The position numbers and the translations under genes are program-made. DNA of 64,000 nucleotides from a virus (taxonomy: Duplodnaviria; Caudoviricetes): positions 32,001 to 96,000 of the IMG/VR virus record IMGVR_UViG_3300020120_000082. One strand, given 5' to 3'. Positions 20,119 through 29,374 of this stretch are shown here, piece after piece. The notes under the pieces are model-generated. The model did not search any database, had not been told where the DNA came from, and worked only from the letters and a program-made list of their open reading frames with translations. Positions within the stretch are counted from its first letter, which is position 1. Every line of letters begins with the position of its first letter.

Positions 20119-20817
20119 TCAAGCCTGTGCCCGATGTCGCTCTGATTTCCAGATGCCGATATAGTCGATGTCAAACCAGGCTGGCCAGGGAAAATTAGAT
20201 GCCGGTGTTCCGCCAAAACTACCTGGCTCGGAGATCGAAAACGAGAACAACAGGTGGTGATAATCGTAAACTGCGTTGAACTGCGTCTCCTGAAACGTTC
20301 CACACAGGATATCATCGAAGAAGAAGTCAATGCCGGTTGGATGCCAGTCGACACCATAACGATGAAACGCCGTGGATAAATTCAGGGTGGCGGGATACAC
20401 ACCGCCATACGAGCCGCTGTATTTCAAATCTGGTCCCGGATAGGCTCCACTATGGACATTGTAATAGTGGCGCTCGGGATGGTTACCATGCTCTTCAAAC
20501 CAGTCGATCTCTTGCCAGGTGTTCTGCAGCAGGACGCTCGTCAACGTCCAGCCTGCTGGCCAGAACCCTGCCCCCAGCGGGACTTTGGCCCTGGCTTCAA
20601 TATAGCCATAGCGGAAGTTGTATTTCCCGACCGATGAGATCTCTCCGGAGCTAAAATCGGAGTCGCAACGCAAGCGGAGCAGGCCATCCTGCAAGATGAC
20701 ATGATTGGCCCAGAACTTCTCCTGGCCATAGCCCTTCTTATTGTCAGACGCTGTCCATTTGGAAGCGTCCAGAACTGTTCCTTCAAAATCATCCCAGAAA
20801 ACAAGTGTTGATTCCAC
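20119..20817 (-). CDS. Glycoside hydrolase family 16 (beta-glucanase/laminarinase-like)
   Basis: FWDDFEG..LDASKW, FRYGYIEARAKVP.GAGFWPAGW, catalytic EIDWFE, FHRYGVDW, DIDYIGIW. Confidence 0.9.
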   Translation of the reverse strand: MESTLVFWDDFEGTVLDASKWTASDNKKGYGQEKFWANHVILQDGLLRLRCDSDFSSGEISSVGKYNFRYGYIEARAKVPLGAGFWPAGWTLTSVLLQNTWQEIDWFEEHGNHPERHYYNVHSGAYPGPDLKYSGSYGGVYPATLNLSTAFHRYGVDWHPTGIDFFFDDILCGTFQETQFNAVYDYHHLLFSFSISEPGSFGGTPASNFPWPAWFDIDYIGIWKSERHRAQA

Positions 20818-20827
20818 TGATGGTCTC

Positions 20828-21295
20828 CTAAAGAAGTGGCGCGATTTTTTTTATAACGTCCTGATACCACTGATCTTCTGGCTTGCCATGTCTCATCGCA
20901 TAGTAGGCATCTTGCAATGCTTTTTCAAGCTCGGTTATGCGTGTGTTCTTTTTGTCCCAGTTATTCATGTTGGCCTGAACGGGACCAATAGGAAGAAGAT
21001 TGGCATGCTCCCTGCCCTCTTCTTGCGCCCAGCGTATTCCTTCGGGCCAACCACCAGCCCGAATCTTATCTCGCAAGCGAACCACTTGGTCCCAGTTCAC
21101 CTCTTCGCCGTCAGCGCAGGCATAGCAGAATGTGTCATTCAACAACAAACATGGAACAATATGACCATCTGGTCGGCGGTGAATGTAGAACACTTCATCA
21201 TCTGCCGCCAGTTGAATGCTGGCTTTCAACTGTTCTAAATTGTCCGGGAGATTGCCGTCAACAGCACTCGGAGCATTTGTGTCTTTGATAAACAT
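20828..21295 (-). CDS. Hypothetical protein
   Basis: Tiling ORF with AAGG RBS. Confidence 0.6.
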   Translation of the reverse strand: MFIKDTNAPSAVDGNLPDNLEQLKASIQLAADDEVFYIHRRPDGHIVPCLLLNDTFCYACADGEEVNWDQVVRLRDKIRAGGWPEGIRWAQEEGREHANLLPIGPVQANMNNWDKKNTRITELEKALQDAYYAMRHGKPEDQWYQDVIKKIAPLL

Positions 21296-21490
21296 AGATC
21301 GCTACCTTGTATCAATTAAGTCAACTGATCGAATAAACCAGGCCATTGGGACTTTGCTTCTTTGACCCGCTTTTCCCGAATAACCCACATGCGTTGCGCC
21401 TTGTTCCTGTTCTTGCTGTTCTCGTCGGTTGGGTCTGCAATCTGCTTATCCACAGCATCACATAGATTTTCCCAGGCCCACCGCTCGTCC

Positions 21491-21787
21491 TCAATCAATA
21501 CTTTTGCTGTTTTTGGTCCCACTCTCTTGCTCCTCACTGGGGACTATGACGCCTTGTTCATGCATCTTGGACAAAAGCCCGAATACCATATCTCCAAAAG
21601 AGCTTTCATCTACCACCTTGATATCATAGGAGTCGCGTAGAAAATCAACTAGCGAATCATTGAGACCCGGACGTAGAACAGAAATCGTTTCACCGTTTCC
21701 CGCATCCACTTGGTCAAACACCTGGGGATATGAGAAAAACATTGGATCAAAGCAATTGTGGTATTGTTCTTCATACTTCCAGCACAT
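21491..21787 (-). CDS. Hypothetical protein
   Basis: AAGGAG RBS; tiling. Confidence 0.55.
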   Translation of the reverse strand: MCWKYEEQYHNCFDPMFFSYPQVFDQVDAGNGETISVLRPGLNDSLVDFLRDSYDIKVVDESSFGDMVFGLLSKMHEQGVIVPSEEQESGTKNSKSID

Positions 21788-21799
21788 AGACTCTCCTTA

Positions 21800-22070
21800 C
21801 TCCCCGCCGCTCAGCGCGTCAGTGTCAACTACCACCAGAAAAGGTGAGCCATCTCCAACCCACGCTATGTGGCCCAAAGACAGCAGGCGGTGTACTGCTT
21901 CGGAGCGAACTCTATATTCTGATGGGCCACGCTTATTCAGTCGCCAGCCCACGGTTCCATTTGGATAGTGCCGTGCCCACAGTTTGTAGCCGCCAAATCG
22001 CATCAGATGTTCCAGGACTGTGCTGCTACTGAGCAGTTTCATCATTTCGTCTCCCCGCCGCTCGGCGCGT
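21800..22070. repeat. 20-bp direct repeat (CTCCCCGCCGCTCRGCGCGT) at 21800-21819 and 22051-22070, flanking one small gene
   Basis: 19/20 identical; both copies encode the gene ends SGGE. Confidence 0.8.
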
Positions 22071-22385
22071 GGGCTGCGGCCAGCCGCTTGATGGCGTCGG
22101 CGCACTCTTCGGCTTCGTCACTGCGGTTGCCCCAGGCGTGAAACTCTGGCGAACCGGATATGTACTTTGCCAATCTGGCGTCGTTCTGATTGACCCGCTC
22201 CCGGCACACGCGCTCCGCCCGCTCGTAGGCGTCGTTCTCGGCAGCGGCGATGGCGAACGCGATAGCATCCCGCAGCATGCCGCGCTCACTTTCAATTATG
22301 AACGGCGCGGTTTTTGCATCGCGCCAAAAGTATTCTCCAATGATGGCATTGGCCTGTTGTTCAGCGTCTGTCACTGACTGGGAAG

Positions 22386-22961
22386 TCATGGGTGAGCGTC
22401 CAGGGCGATACGATGCCATTTCACATTCTGACCATCATCGCTAAACTCAAACACCAGCCCCAGGTGGGCCTCGATCACGGCCCGATCTTCCGGTGTTGCG
22501 TCTTGCAGATGCACCGAATAGAACTTGCCATGTGTGGTTGCGCTGGCTGGTTGTCCAGTTTCCGCCCACCAGTATTCAGGTTCGCCGGTGCGTGAATTGA
22601 AACCGCGTTGTACGCGCCGCCACTTGTCAGATTCGTCCGGGTTGGGCATATCACTACGCGATGCCCGACTTTCCAGAAGGCCAACGTGGGGATTGGGGAT
22701 ACCGTCAAAGTATGCCTTATGTGGCCAGCCATATTTGCGATCTGCCCACTCGCCGCGTGCGCCAGATTTGATAGCGGCAGCTACATCAGCCGGGTGCATT
22801 GAGCCGCAATACGAACAATGCCGAAGAAGTCCTTGGCCGCGCTCATCCATGTCGCCCGTTAGGTTGGGTGGAGATTCATCGCCCCAGGGAACCAAGCCAT
22901 CCGGCCACTGTTGCAGACCATAGATATTCATATCGTGCTTGTGCGCAATACTAGTTTCCAT
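22386..22961 (-). CDS. Hypothetical phage protein
   Basis: 191 aa; CSYCGSMHP, WADRKYGWPHKAY, KFYSVHL. Confidence 0.7.
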   Translation of the reverse strand: METSIAHKHDMNIYGLQQWPDGLVPWGDESPPNLTGDMDERGQGLLRHCSYCGSMHPADVAAAIKSGARGEWADRKYGWPHKAYFDGIPNPHVGLLESRASRSDMPNPDESDKWRRVQRGFNSRTGEPEYWWAETGQPASATTHGKFYSVHLQDATPEDRAVIEAHLGLVFEFSDDGQNVKWHRIALDAHP

Positions 22962-23195
22962 CGCTCCCGCCTCTCTCCGCGCTCATCTCAGCCATTCGTC
23001 GCTCCGTTCTCGGACAGCGCGGCCCGGACATTCAGCAATACACCCAACCCGTTATCGCTCAGACCATCACCGTCAATCTCGGCTTCCGTCCAAAGTTGGT
23101 ATAGGTCCGCCAGCAGTACCGCCAGCGCCTTGTTAGCGGCGCGGAGAGCGTCAAGTTCTGCAATCTCTATAATCGTTTCTGTGTCAGGGTTGAAT

Positions 23196-23414
23196 TCAGG
23201 CATGTGGTGTGCGTCTATTCCAGGTCCCAATTGCAATCGTGGCAGTAGCCCGCGTTCCGGTATTCAAACCGCAACGCAAACAACTTACTATTGGGCGCGG
23301 TACATCAGCATCTTTCAACTGAACATCGTCGGAACCGCAGCACGGACACGGCAGTAGTGCTGTATGATCGGATGTTTTCTCAATACGTTTAGTCAGACGT
23401 TGATTGAAAGGCAT
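23196..23414 (-). CDS. Lar-family restriction-alleviation protein
   Basis: LLPCPCCG...VSCLRCG...AIGTWNRR pattern. Confidence 0.75.
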   Translation of the reverse strand: MPFNQRLTKRIEKTSDHTALLPCPCCGSDDVQLKDADVPRPIVSCLRCGLNTGTRATATIAIGTWNRRTPHA

Positions 23415-23423
23415 TTCAATCTC

Positions 23424-23660
23424 CTATAGGTCATTACTTACGGATGGTAAAGTCTTATGCTTGGCATCGTCCGGGCAAATCCACTTACCCTGTTTATTCT
23501 GGTGCCATCCCGCCAGTCGCGCCGCTGTTTTTGTTCTGTTACTACGCAACATCAAGGCATCCTCTCGACCACACAAGTAACAGTCGATGGAATAATCTCG
23601 ATAGTAATGACCCTGGTCCCAAAACCCATCGCAGTAGATGTTGCCTGTTACGCTTGTCAT
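23424..23660 (-). CDS. Small Zn-finger hypothetical protein
   Basis: CYLCG...GW...WICP. Confidence 0.55.
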   Translation of the reverse strand: MTSVTGNIYCDGFWDQGHYYRDYSIDCYLCGREDALMLRSNRTKTAARLAGWHQNKQGKWICPDDAKHKTLPSVSNDL

Positions 23661-23685
23661 GGGATTCGAATTTACACGCCTAAAG

Positions 23686-23982
23686 TCATGATCCCTGTAG
23701 CCTCAACAGCCGGTCTATCTCAGCCGCAATCAGCGCCCCTGCCTTGGCAAGGTTGCGAATAGGGTCAACGTCGGGCTTCCACCAGTCCGGCGAGAATTCC
23801 CACCAAGTAGGCGCTTCGGGCCTAATGACGCCATGCTCCTGATCGACCGCGCCAAGTGCATAACTAGCACCTGCTAGAGCTAATTCGCCCTCAGTATGCT
23901 GGTCGTCATGGGTCGACGTAAAGCCTTCATGTAACACTTGGCGCATCCGTTCACTTTCGATTAGACCTATTCCAGTTTGCAT
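23686..23982 (-). CDS. Conserved phage protein of unknown function
   Basis: ER.RQ..EG....HDD.H..GELA.A...WWKP...NL.KAGALIAAEIDRL pattern common in phages. Confidence 0.75.
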   Translation of the reverse strand: MQTGIGLIESERMRQVLHEGFTSTHDDQHTEGELALAGASYALGAVDQEHGVIRPEAPTWWEFSPDWWKPDVDPIRNLAKAGALIAAEIDRLLRLQGS

Positions 23983-24434
23983 TTTGCCTCTTTGCTCGTG
24001 ACTTTATCCATGATAAATCTTATCCTCCGCCTACGCCGATCTTCTTCTCAACCCGCTCAAGCTTTTCCAGATATTCCAGGCAGTTTTGGCATGTCACCCT
24101 GGATTGAACCTGCGTGACATGAGTGCCCTTGATCGTATGGTGACAAGCTGTGCTGTAAAACCAGGCTGGATCATCCACCGACCAATCAAACGGCTGTATC
24201 ATGTGAATTGTTTTTACTTTATTCACTGTTAAATCCACTGTTCCTTGGGACAGAGTGTGACAATTTGAAGATCATTGATGCTGACCACATTGCGCTTGGC
24301 CAGCCTGGCGACAGATTTTTCAACATCTTCTCGCCTGTACCCGGTTCGACGTATCAAGTATTCGAGCGTTTGTTCCCCGGATCGGCTCCTGGTTAGGAGT
24401 TGAACCAGGAGATAGTCCAGGCCTATAAACGTGG

Positions 24435-25001
24435 TCATTTTTCGTTCTCTTCGGTCATTTCTGTGTTCGCTGTCAGCACTTCATCCAGTTTCAGGAATGC
24501 ATCATAGGGACTGAAGCCGACTGACAGAAGATGCTCGCGTGCATACCGGACAATTCCAGCCGCTATGTTTATCTGTTCCTGCGCCATAGCCAGGCGCGTT
24601 TCGGCAACGTCGGCGGCTTCCTGAGCAATAAACAGGACACGTCGCAATCTCAAATCGGACTCGTTCCAACTGGATTTTGTTTTCTTTGCGTTGTTACGCC
24701 AATTCCAGGCCGAACGTCTCCACGCTGCGGCCCACTTGCGAGCCATGTTGCGCTGCCAGATGGCGTTGCCAACATGATCGTCAATAAACGCGGCTACTGG
24801 TACACCATTTTCTTCTAGCAGGATACGGATTGCGTTGTGCGCGTCATCGGACAACTCGCGCCAGCCCTTCTGCTCTCTGGCATCTTTCAGTGCTGCGTCT
24901 CGCTCGGCAGTCAGGATAGCTATTCTTTCTGCGTCTTCGCGATGCTCGGCTCGCGCAGCGCCTTCTTCGTCCAACGCACTCCAATTATCAGGTCTGTTCA
25001 T
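24435..25001 (-). CDS. Coiled-coil hypothetical protein
   Basis: ATGA-coupled tiling ORF. Confidence 0.65.
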   Translation of the reverse strand: MNRPDNWSALDEEGAARAEHREDAERIAILTAERDAALKDAREQKGWRELSDDAHNAIRILLEENGVPVAAFIDDHVGNAIWQRNMARKWAAAWRRSAWNWRNNAKKTKSSWNESDLRLRRVLFIAQEAADVAETRLAMAQEQINIAAGIVRYAREHLLSVGFSPYDAFLKLDEVLTANTEMTEENEK

Positions 25002-25366
25002 TCGCCCTGTACCTCGCGGTAAACCGGCTTGCCCAGAAGTTTCATCTTGGAATAAAGATCGTCGCTGCCTTTGCTAACCTGGCTCATCGGTACGCGCAAG
25101 ATTATCGCAGCCTGCGCGTACAGGCTCATGCTGGTATTACGCGATGGACCGGCTTTCTTGCCAAGCATTTTCCAGGCATTTGGTGTGACCGGAAATGGCT
25201 TGACTGGAATGCCATGCGCCAGAGCCCAGAGTTCCCCCAAATGATCGACTCCATTGGGCTCTTTTCCGGATACCACTTCGGTAATTTCAAACCCGGAGCG
25301 ATCAATGGCATGCTCCAGCCAGGCCAGGTTGGTAATGGTGCGTGAACCTCCAATGATGACTTTTAT
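24998..25366 (-). CDS. SLOG-superfamily (YspA/DUF2493-like) protein, apparent ATA start
   Basis: Frame extends upstream of the listed ORF to give (I)KVIIGGSRT...EVVSG...GVDHLGELWA...GKKAGPSRNTSM...SKGSDD. Confidence 0.75.
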   Translation of the reverse strand: MKVIIGGSRTITNLAWLEHAIDRSGFEITEVVSGKEPNGVDHLGELWALAHGIPVKPFPVTPNAWKMLGKKAGPSRNTSMSLYAQAAIILRVPMSQVSKGSDDLYSKMKLLGKPVYREVQGE

Positions 25367-25986
25367 TCTTCGCCCCAGTTTGAGATCTTGCCGGTGAGAC
25401 GCACCGACTCCTGATCTTCCATAAAGATCGTCACGACGGCATCAAAGAGCGGCTTGCGATCTTCCGAGATTTCAACCGGCTTGCCATCGTCGCCAATCAA
25501 ACCAGCCGTAAGAGCGGTGTTCACATCACCGGGTAGATGTGAGAACTGCATGTGATTTTGTTCCCAGTAAGTCAGATGGGACATGGCAATAGCCATGCGT
25601 GGTGGCAGCTTTCCAGCCCGATAAGCCAGCAGAGCTTCAGGGGAAAGATTATTGAGTGCTTGTCTGAGTTTGTTGTTCATTGATGCGGAGATTCCACCAT
25701 GAATTGATAATGTGCTTCGCGCAGGATGGCCGCAAAGCAAACCTGACCATCGTTTCCATGTGTCCAATCGCCATGCCCTGTTCTAACCGCTGCTGAAATC
25801 TTTCCGCCAGCAGGATCCTGGCAGAGCGGGCACAGAACACCGCAGTCAAATTCAAACTGTTGCGAGATTGCCTGGGTGGCAATCATCTGTAAGATTTCCA
25901 CGCCATCCTTGACGCCTAGAGATTTGATAGAGCGCACAATCTCTGCCAGTGGATTGATAACTTCAACATTTTCTTTCGAAAGTGCT

Positions 25987-26262
25987 TCAGGCATTGTCAA
26001 TCTCCCGGTGCTGAATGCCAAGCTCTTTGGATTTGGCGGCTGTCAGACAATACTGAAAGCTCATGTATCCGAGATCGTCGAATGGCCTTTTGAGCAAAAT
26101 CCCCTTAGCCGCCAACTGCTTGCAGGACGAATTCCTGGCGGTAATCAGGCGCAGCTTTGTATAATCTTCTGGATCAAACCAGACACCTGGCTCAATGCAT
26201 TCCAGCAAGAGTCTCTGGTTGTTCGTCAGTCCAAACTTGTCGTAACTTGTCGTTCCAGCCAT
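25987..26262 (-). CDS. Hypothetical, possibly winged-helix protein
   Basis: Tiling ORF. Confidence 0.55.
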   Translation of the reverse strand: MAGTTSYDKFGLTNNQRLLLECIEPGVWFDPEDYTKLRLITARNSSCKQLAAKGILLKRPFDDLGYMSFQYCLTAAKSKELGIQHREIDNA

Positions 26263-27899
26263 TATTTATTTCTCCGATTGATTTGCAGATCAGGGTTGCG
26301 CAGGAATAGCTCTGACTTCCCCTGGCGCTCAATAGTCAAAGCGCCCAGTCCGGCCAGATTGCGCAGGGATGTATAGATGCTCGGCTTAGCCACTTTCTTT
26401 CCGCGGCGGATCAATTCGTCAAACGCCGATTGGCCATTCGCGCCCTTGTCGAAAAACCCTTCCGAGATTAGCCGCACCAGCCAGCCCTGAAGATCATCCC
26501 CCATCTCCACTACCGGGCGAACTGTCTCAATCTCGATCGTGGGGATCGTTACCGCCAACTTGATCAGGGTTTTGTCCTGGATCATGCGCCGAATGAATTC
26601 TTTGTACAGCGCATCGACATTCAGGCCTGAGATTCCATCTTCCTGGAACTTGTCCAGATTGACGTGCTGGGCTCCATTGCCATTCTCGGCAATAGGCGGT
26701 ACGCCCTGGTGATGCTGGGCATGGTTGGCCATCAGATCAACCAGCTTATCAAGCGTATCAATAATTCTTTCTTCAGCTTCTTTGCTCATCTCATCTCCTA
26801 AGTTCAGATCTTCAGCAGTCAATTCACCGGCTTGGAACTTGGATTCCAGATCTGGAATTTCGTCGGTTGGCGTAAAACCAATACTGAAATGGTTGGGCAA
26901 ATTAGGCACCAATGAACCGCGGCCTACCCAGGCTTGCTCGATCACCGCTTCGCCCATGGCCACTTTCTTGGCCTGTTCATCAGTCAGCCAGACTGGCTGC
27001 ACATAGGTCTTACGAACATGCTTGCCCCAGCAGGCAAAGAATTGGCCCAGTTCCAGTTGAGCAATGTTTTCCGGCCTGGGCCGCTTGATACCGGCTGGGA
27101 TCTCCGAGAGTGTGCGCTTGATTTCATTGGCTTCACGCTGCACACCCAGAATCCAGAGCGGGATGCTCTTCAGGATGATCTTCTCAACGCCCGCAATATC
27201 CTGGCTGTCCAGCCATAAGTAATTCCCAAGGCCAGCCGCTTGTCGAATGTAAGACTCGGCAGACAACTTAACTGGTGTCCCCCTGCCCTGCGGTATAAAC
27301 TTCCATGCTTCAGGAATAACAACCACGGTGTTGTTTTCATGTTCCAGCACCCAGTCTATGGATGACTTAATGACCAGGTGCTGCATCTCCGCGGAGATCT
27401 TGGTCAAGTCCATGACATTGATGCCTGGATCCAGGCTGATCGATTTGGCCCATTGGACTTTATCAATCGACGGCAGCACGTCTTCCAGGTAGGCTTCCAG
27501 CGTCAGATAGACATCGCCGCTCAAGCCCTTAGCTGTCTTGAGTGCGTTGCGAACGTTGTGGTAGACGTCGCGCAATGTCCGAGCGCCCTTGCTGGCCCTG
27601 ATAATCCAGGCTCGCTCGAATTTCAGTTTCTCGCCGCGGTTGACTTCCAGGATGCTGGAAACAAATTTCCAATCTGCTTGCTCGCGGAAGTAGGGATCGA
27701 TACGATGGGCATCGCGAAAGCCCCCTTCCCCACGCTTGGTAATAAAACTCAGGGCCTTGACGCCTGAGCGCTGTACCAGCGCCTCCAATGTACTCGTTTT
27801 ACCGGCCATTTGAGTCTGGCCGGTGATGACCATGTGGTTGATAGGGATCTCAACAGAATCTCCAGAGTCAACTTCATAGCCCAGAAGAACGTTACTCAT
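26262..27899 (-). CDS. HerA/FtsK-like P-loop ATPase with divergent Walker motifs and C-terminal wHTH-like region
   Basis: HMVITGQTQMAGKTST, VVVIPEAWKFIPQ, LWLDSQ, IAQLELGQF. Confidence 0.7.
   Translation of the reverse strand: MSNVLLGYEVDSGDSVEIPINHMVITGQTQMAGKTSTLEALVQRSGVKALSFITKRGEGGFRDAHRIDPYFREQADWKFVSSILEVNRGEKLKFERAWIIRASKGARTLRDVYHNVRNALKTAKGLSGDVYLTLEAYLEDVLPSIDKVQWAKSISLDPGINVMDLTKISAEMQHLVIKSSIDWVLEHENNTVVVIPEAWKFIPQGRGTPVKLSAESYIRQAAGLGNYLWLDSQDIAGVEKIILKSIPLWILGVQREANEIKRTLSEIPAGIKRPRPENIAQLELGQFFACWGKHVRKTYVQPVWLTDEQAKKVAMGEAVIEQAWVGRGSLVPNLPNHFSIGFTPTDEIPDLESKFQAGELTAEDLNLGDEMSKEAEERIIDTLDKLVDLMANHAQHHQGVPPIAENGNGAQHVNLDKFQEDGISGLNVDALYKEFIRRMIQDKTLIKLAVTIPTIEIETVRPVVEMGDDLQGWLVRLISEGFFDKGANGQSAFDELIRRGKKVAKPSIYTSLRNLAGLGALTIERQGKSELFLRNPDLQINRRNK
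26843..26858. repeat. 16-bp palindrome copy 2 (in ATPase CDS, encodes IPDLE)
   Basis: Exact ATTCCAGATCTGGAAT. Confidence 0.95.
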
Positions 27900-28624
27900 T
27901 TGGACAATGATTTCAACAAAATATCAATGATCTGCTCTCGACTCATACTGGCCATGACGGTTGCCAAGTCCACTGGTGCTGGATTAATTGGACCATTCCC
28001 ATTTCTGGCCTGAGGTTGGGTTGGCCTGCGTATTACAATCCAACCATCATATGGATGCGGAGATTTATTAAATTCCCACCCACCATTCTTCATTCCAGAT
28101 CTTATCCCACTAAAAAGTGTTCTGTTTTTGCCGGTAAGATTGGCCAAGATGGTGTCGGATGGTACATAGTCATTGTGAGCGCAATAATCAATGTATCTAT
28201 CTCGATAGCTAGTGCGTCTATCATCATCCGAATCGTCCAAAGCCGATTCCGTTGGCTTTCCGTGGCCATTGTCAGATGTGAATTCTCCGATCGGCTGTCG
28301 TTGTACGCCATTGCGCTTAATGGCTTTCATTATTCGTCCCATCCCAGTGGTTATTTCGCCACCGGACAGTTCCTCAGGGGTAACCGCCTGTCGGTGTTCA
28401 CCCATTTGTTTTTTCCAGGAGTCTATAAGCTCCCTGGCTTCAGGAACAGACTCAATGGCAGTACCATAGGCATAGCGCCTAATCTGAGTCATTGTTCTAA
28501 GGTTGCAAGTTTTAGCAGCCTGTTCATATGCCTGAAGAAATGCATCGACAACATTCATTTGCCTATTCTCCTTGTTTAGAAAATCCCATGCCGCGCCAAG
28601 CCGCACCATGCCAATCCCAGCCAT
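27896..28624 (-). CDS. Hypothetical protein
   Basis: 242 aa, GGAG RBS. Confidence 0.7.
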   Translation of the reverse strand: MAGIGMVRLGAAWDFLNKENRQMNVVDAFLQAYEQAAKTCNLRTMTQIRRYAYGTAIESVPEARELIDSWKKQMGEHRQAVTPEELSGGEITTGMGRIMKAIKRNGVQRQPIGEFTSDNGHGKPTESALDDSDDDRRTSYRDRYIDYCAHNDYVPSDTILANLTGKNRTLFSGIRSGMKNGGWEFNKSPHPYDGWIVIRRPTQPQARNGNGPINPAPVDLATVMASMSREQIIDILLKSLSK

Positions 28625-28651
28625 ACATCTCCGGTCTAATCCCGGCCAATG

Positions 28652-29374
28652 TCAGTCGCTATCCGCTCTTAGCCACTTGAGTATTAATCGGCCTATCATT
28701 TCCGGTAAATAAGTTCCCGTTTTGGATTGCTTGGGCTCGGTAGTTTCAGTGAACGTGATCAGGCACGTCCCCTTGATCACAATTCCGTTATCGTTTTCCC
28801 ACAAGACGTTAGCCATGGCGCGACCGAGTCGTTCGTCGTAAACGCCATCGGTAAAAAAGATGTGGTCTTTTTCGACCAGGCCCCTGACTGCGGCACGTCT
28901 TTCGCCAGGTCCAAGCGTATCCAGGCGCAAAGCAAATTCAGCCGGAGTCTCACCGCCTTCGGCTAACTGCGCTTTGACATCCGGCAGGAGTTCACCCTTG
29001 CCATTCTTGGTAAAGAGCAGTTTGAGATCTGTCTTGTGGGCTGTCGAGAAACGACCAATGCGCTCTTTGATTTCCGACTCAGTCAGCCCCATCTTCATCA
29101 GACGCTCGACTGCGCCCATGGTGTCATAGAAATCCTGGCGCGATGGCCCCCAGGCTTCCTTTGACAGATCCCCAAGCCAATCCACAAAGCGACCGGCATC
29201 GGCCTTAGCTCGCCAGAGATTGTCGCGATAAATTTCGAAAAGCGCCCACCAATACTCGCTGATATTGCTGGAGGCGGCATAGTATGCCGCCTCCACTCTC
29301 ACGATGCGATCATGGTAAGCAATATCCAGATCGGGGCTGACGATCGTCTGTCTATTTTTCGGCGCTGGCAGCAT
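28652..29374 (-). CDS. Hypothetical protein
   Basis: 240-aa tiling ORF. Confidence 0.7.
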   Translation of the reverse strand: MLPAPKNRQTIVSPDLDIAYHDRIVRVEAAYYAASSNISEYWWALFEIYRDNLWRAKADAGRFVDWLGDLSKEAWGPSRQDFYDTMGAVERLMKMGLTESEIKERIGRFSTAHKTDLKLLFTKNGKGELLPDVKAQLAEGGETPAEFALRLDTLGPGERRAAVRGLVEKDHIFFTDGVYDERLGRAMANVLWENDNGIVIKGTCLITFTETTEPKQSKTGTYLPEMIGRLILKWLRADSD

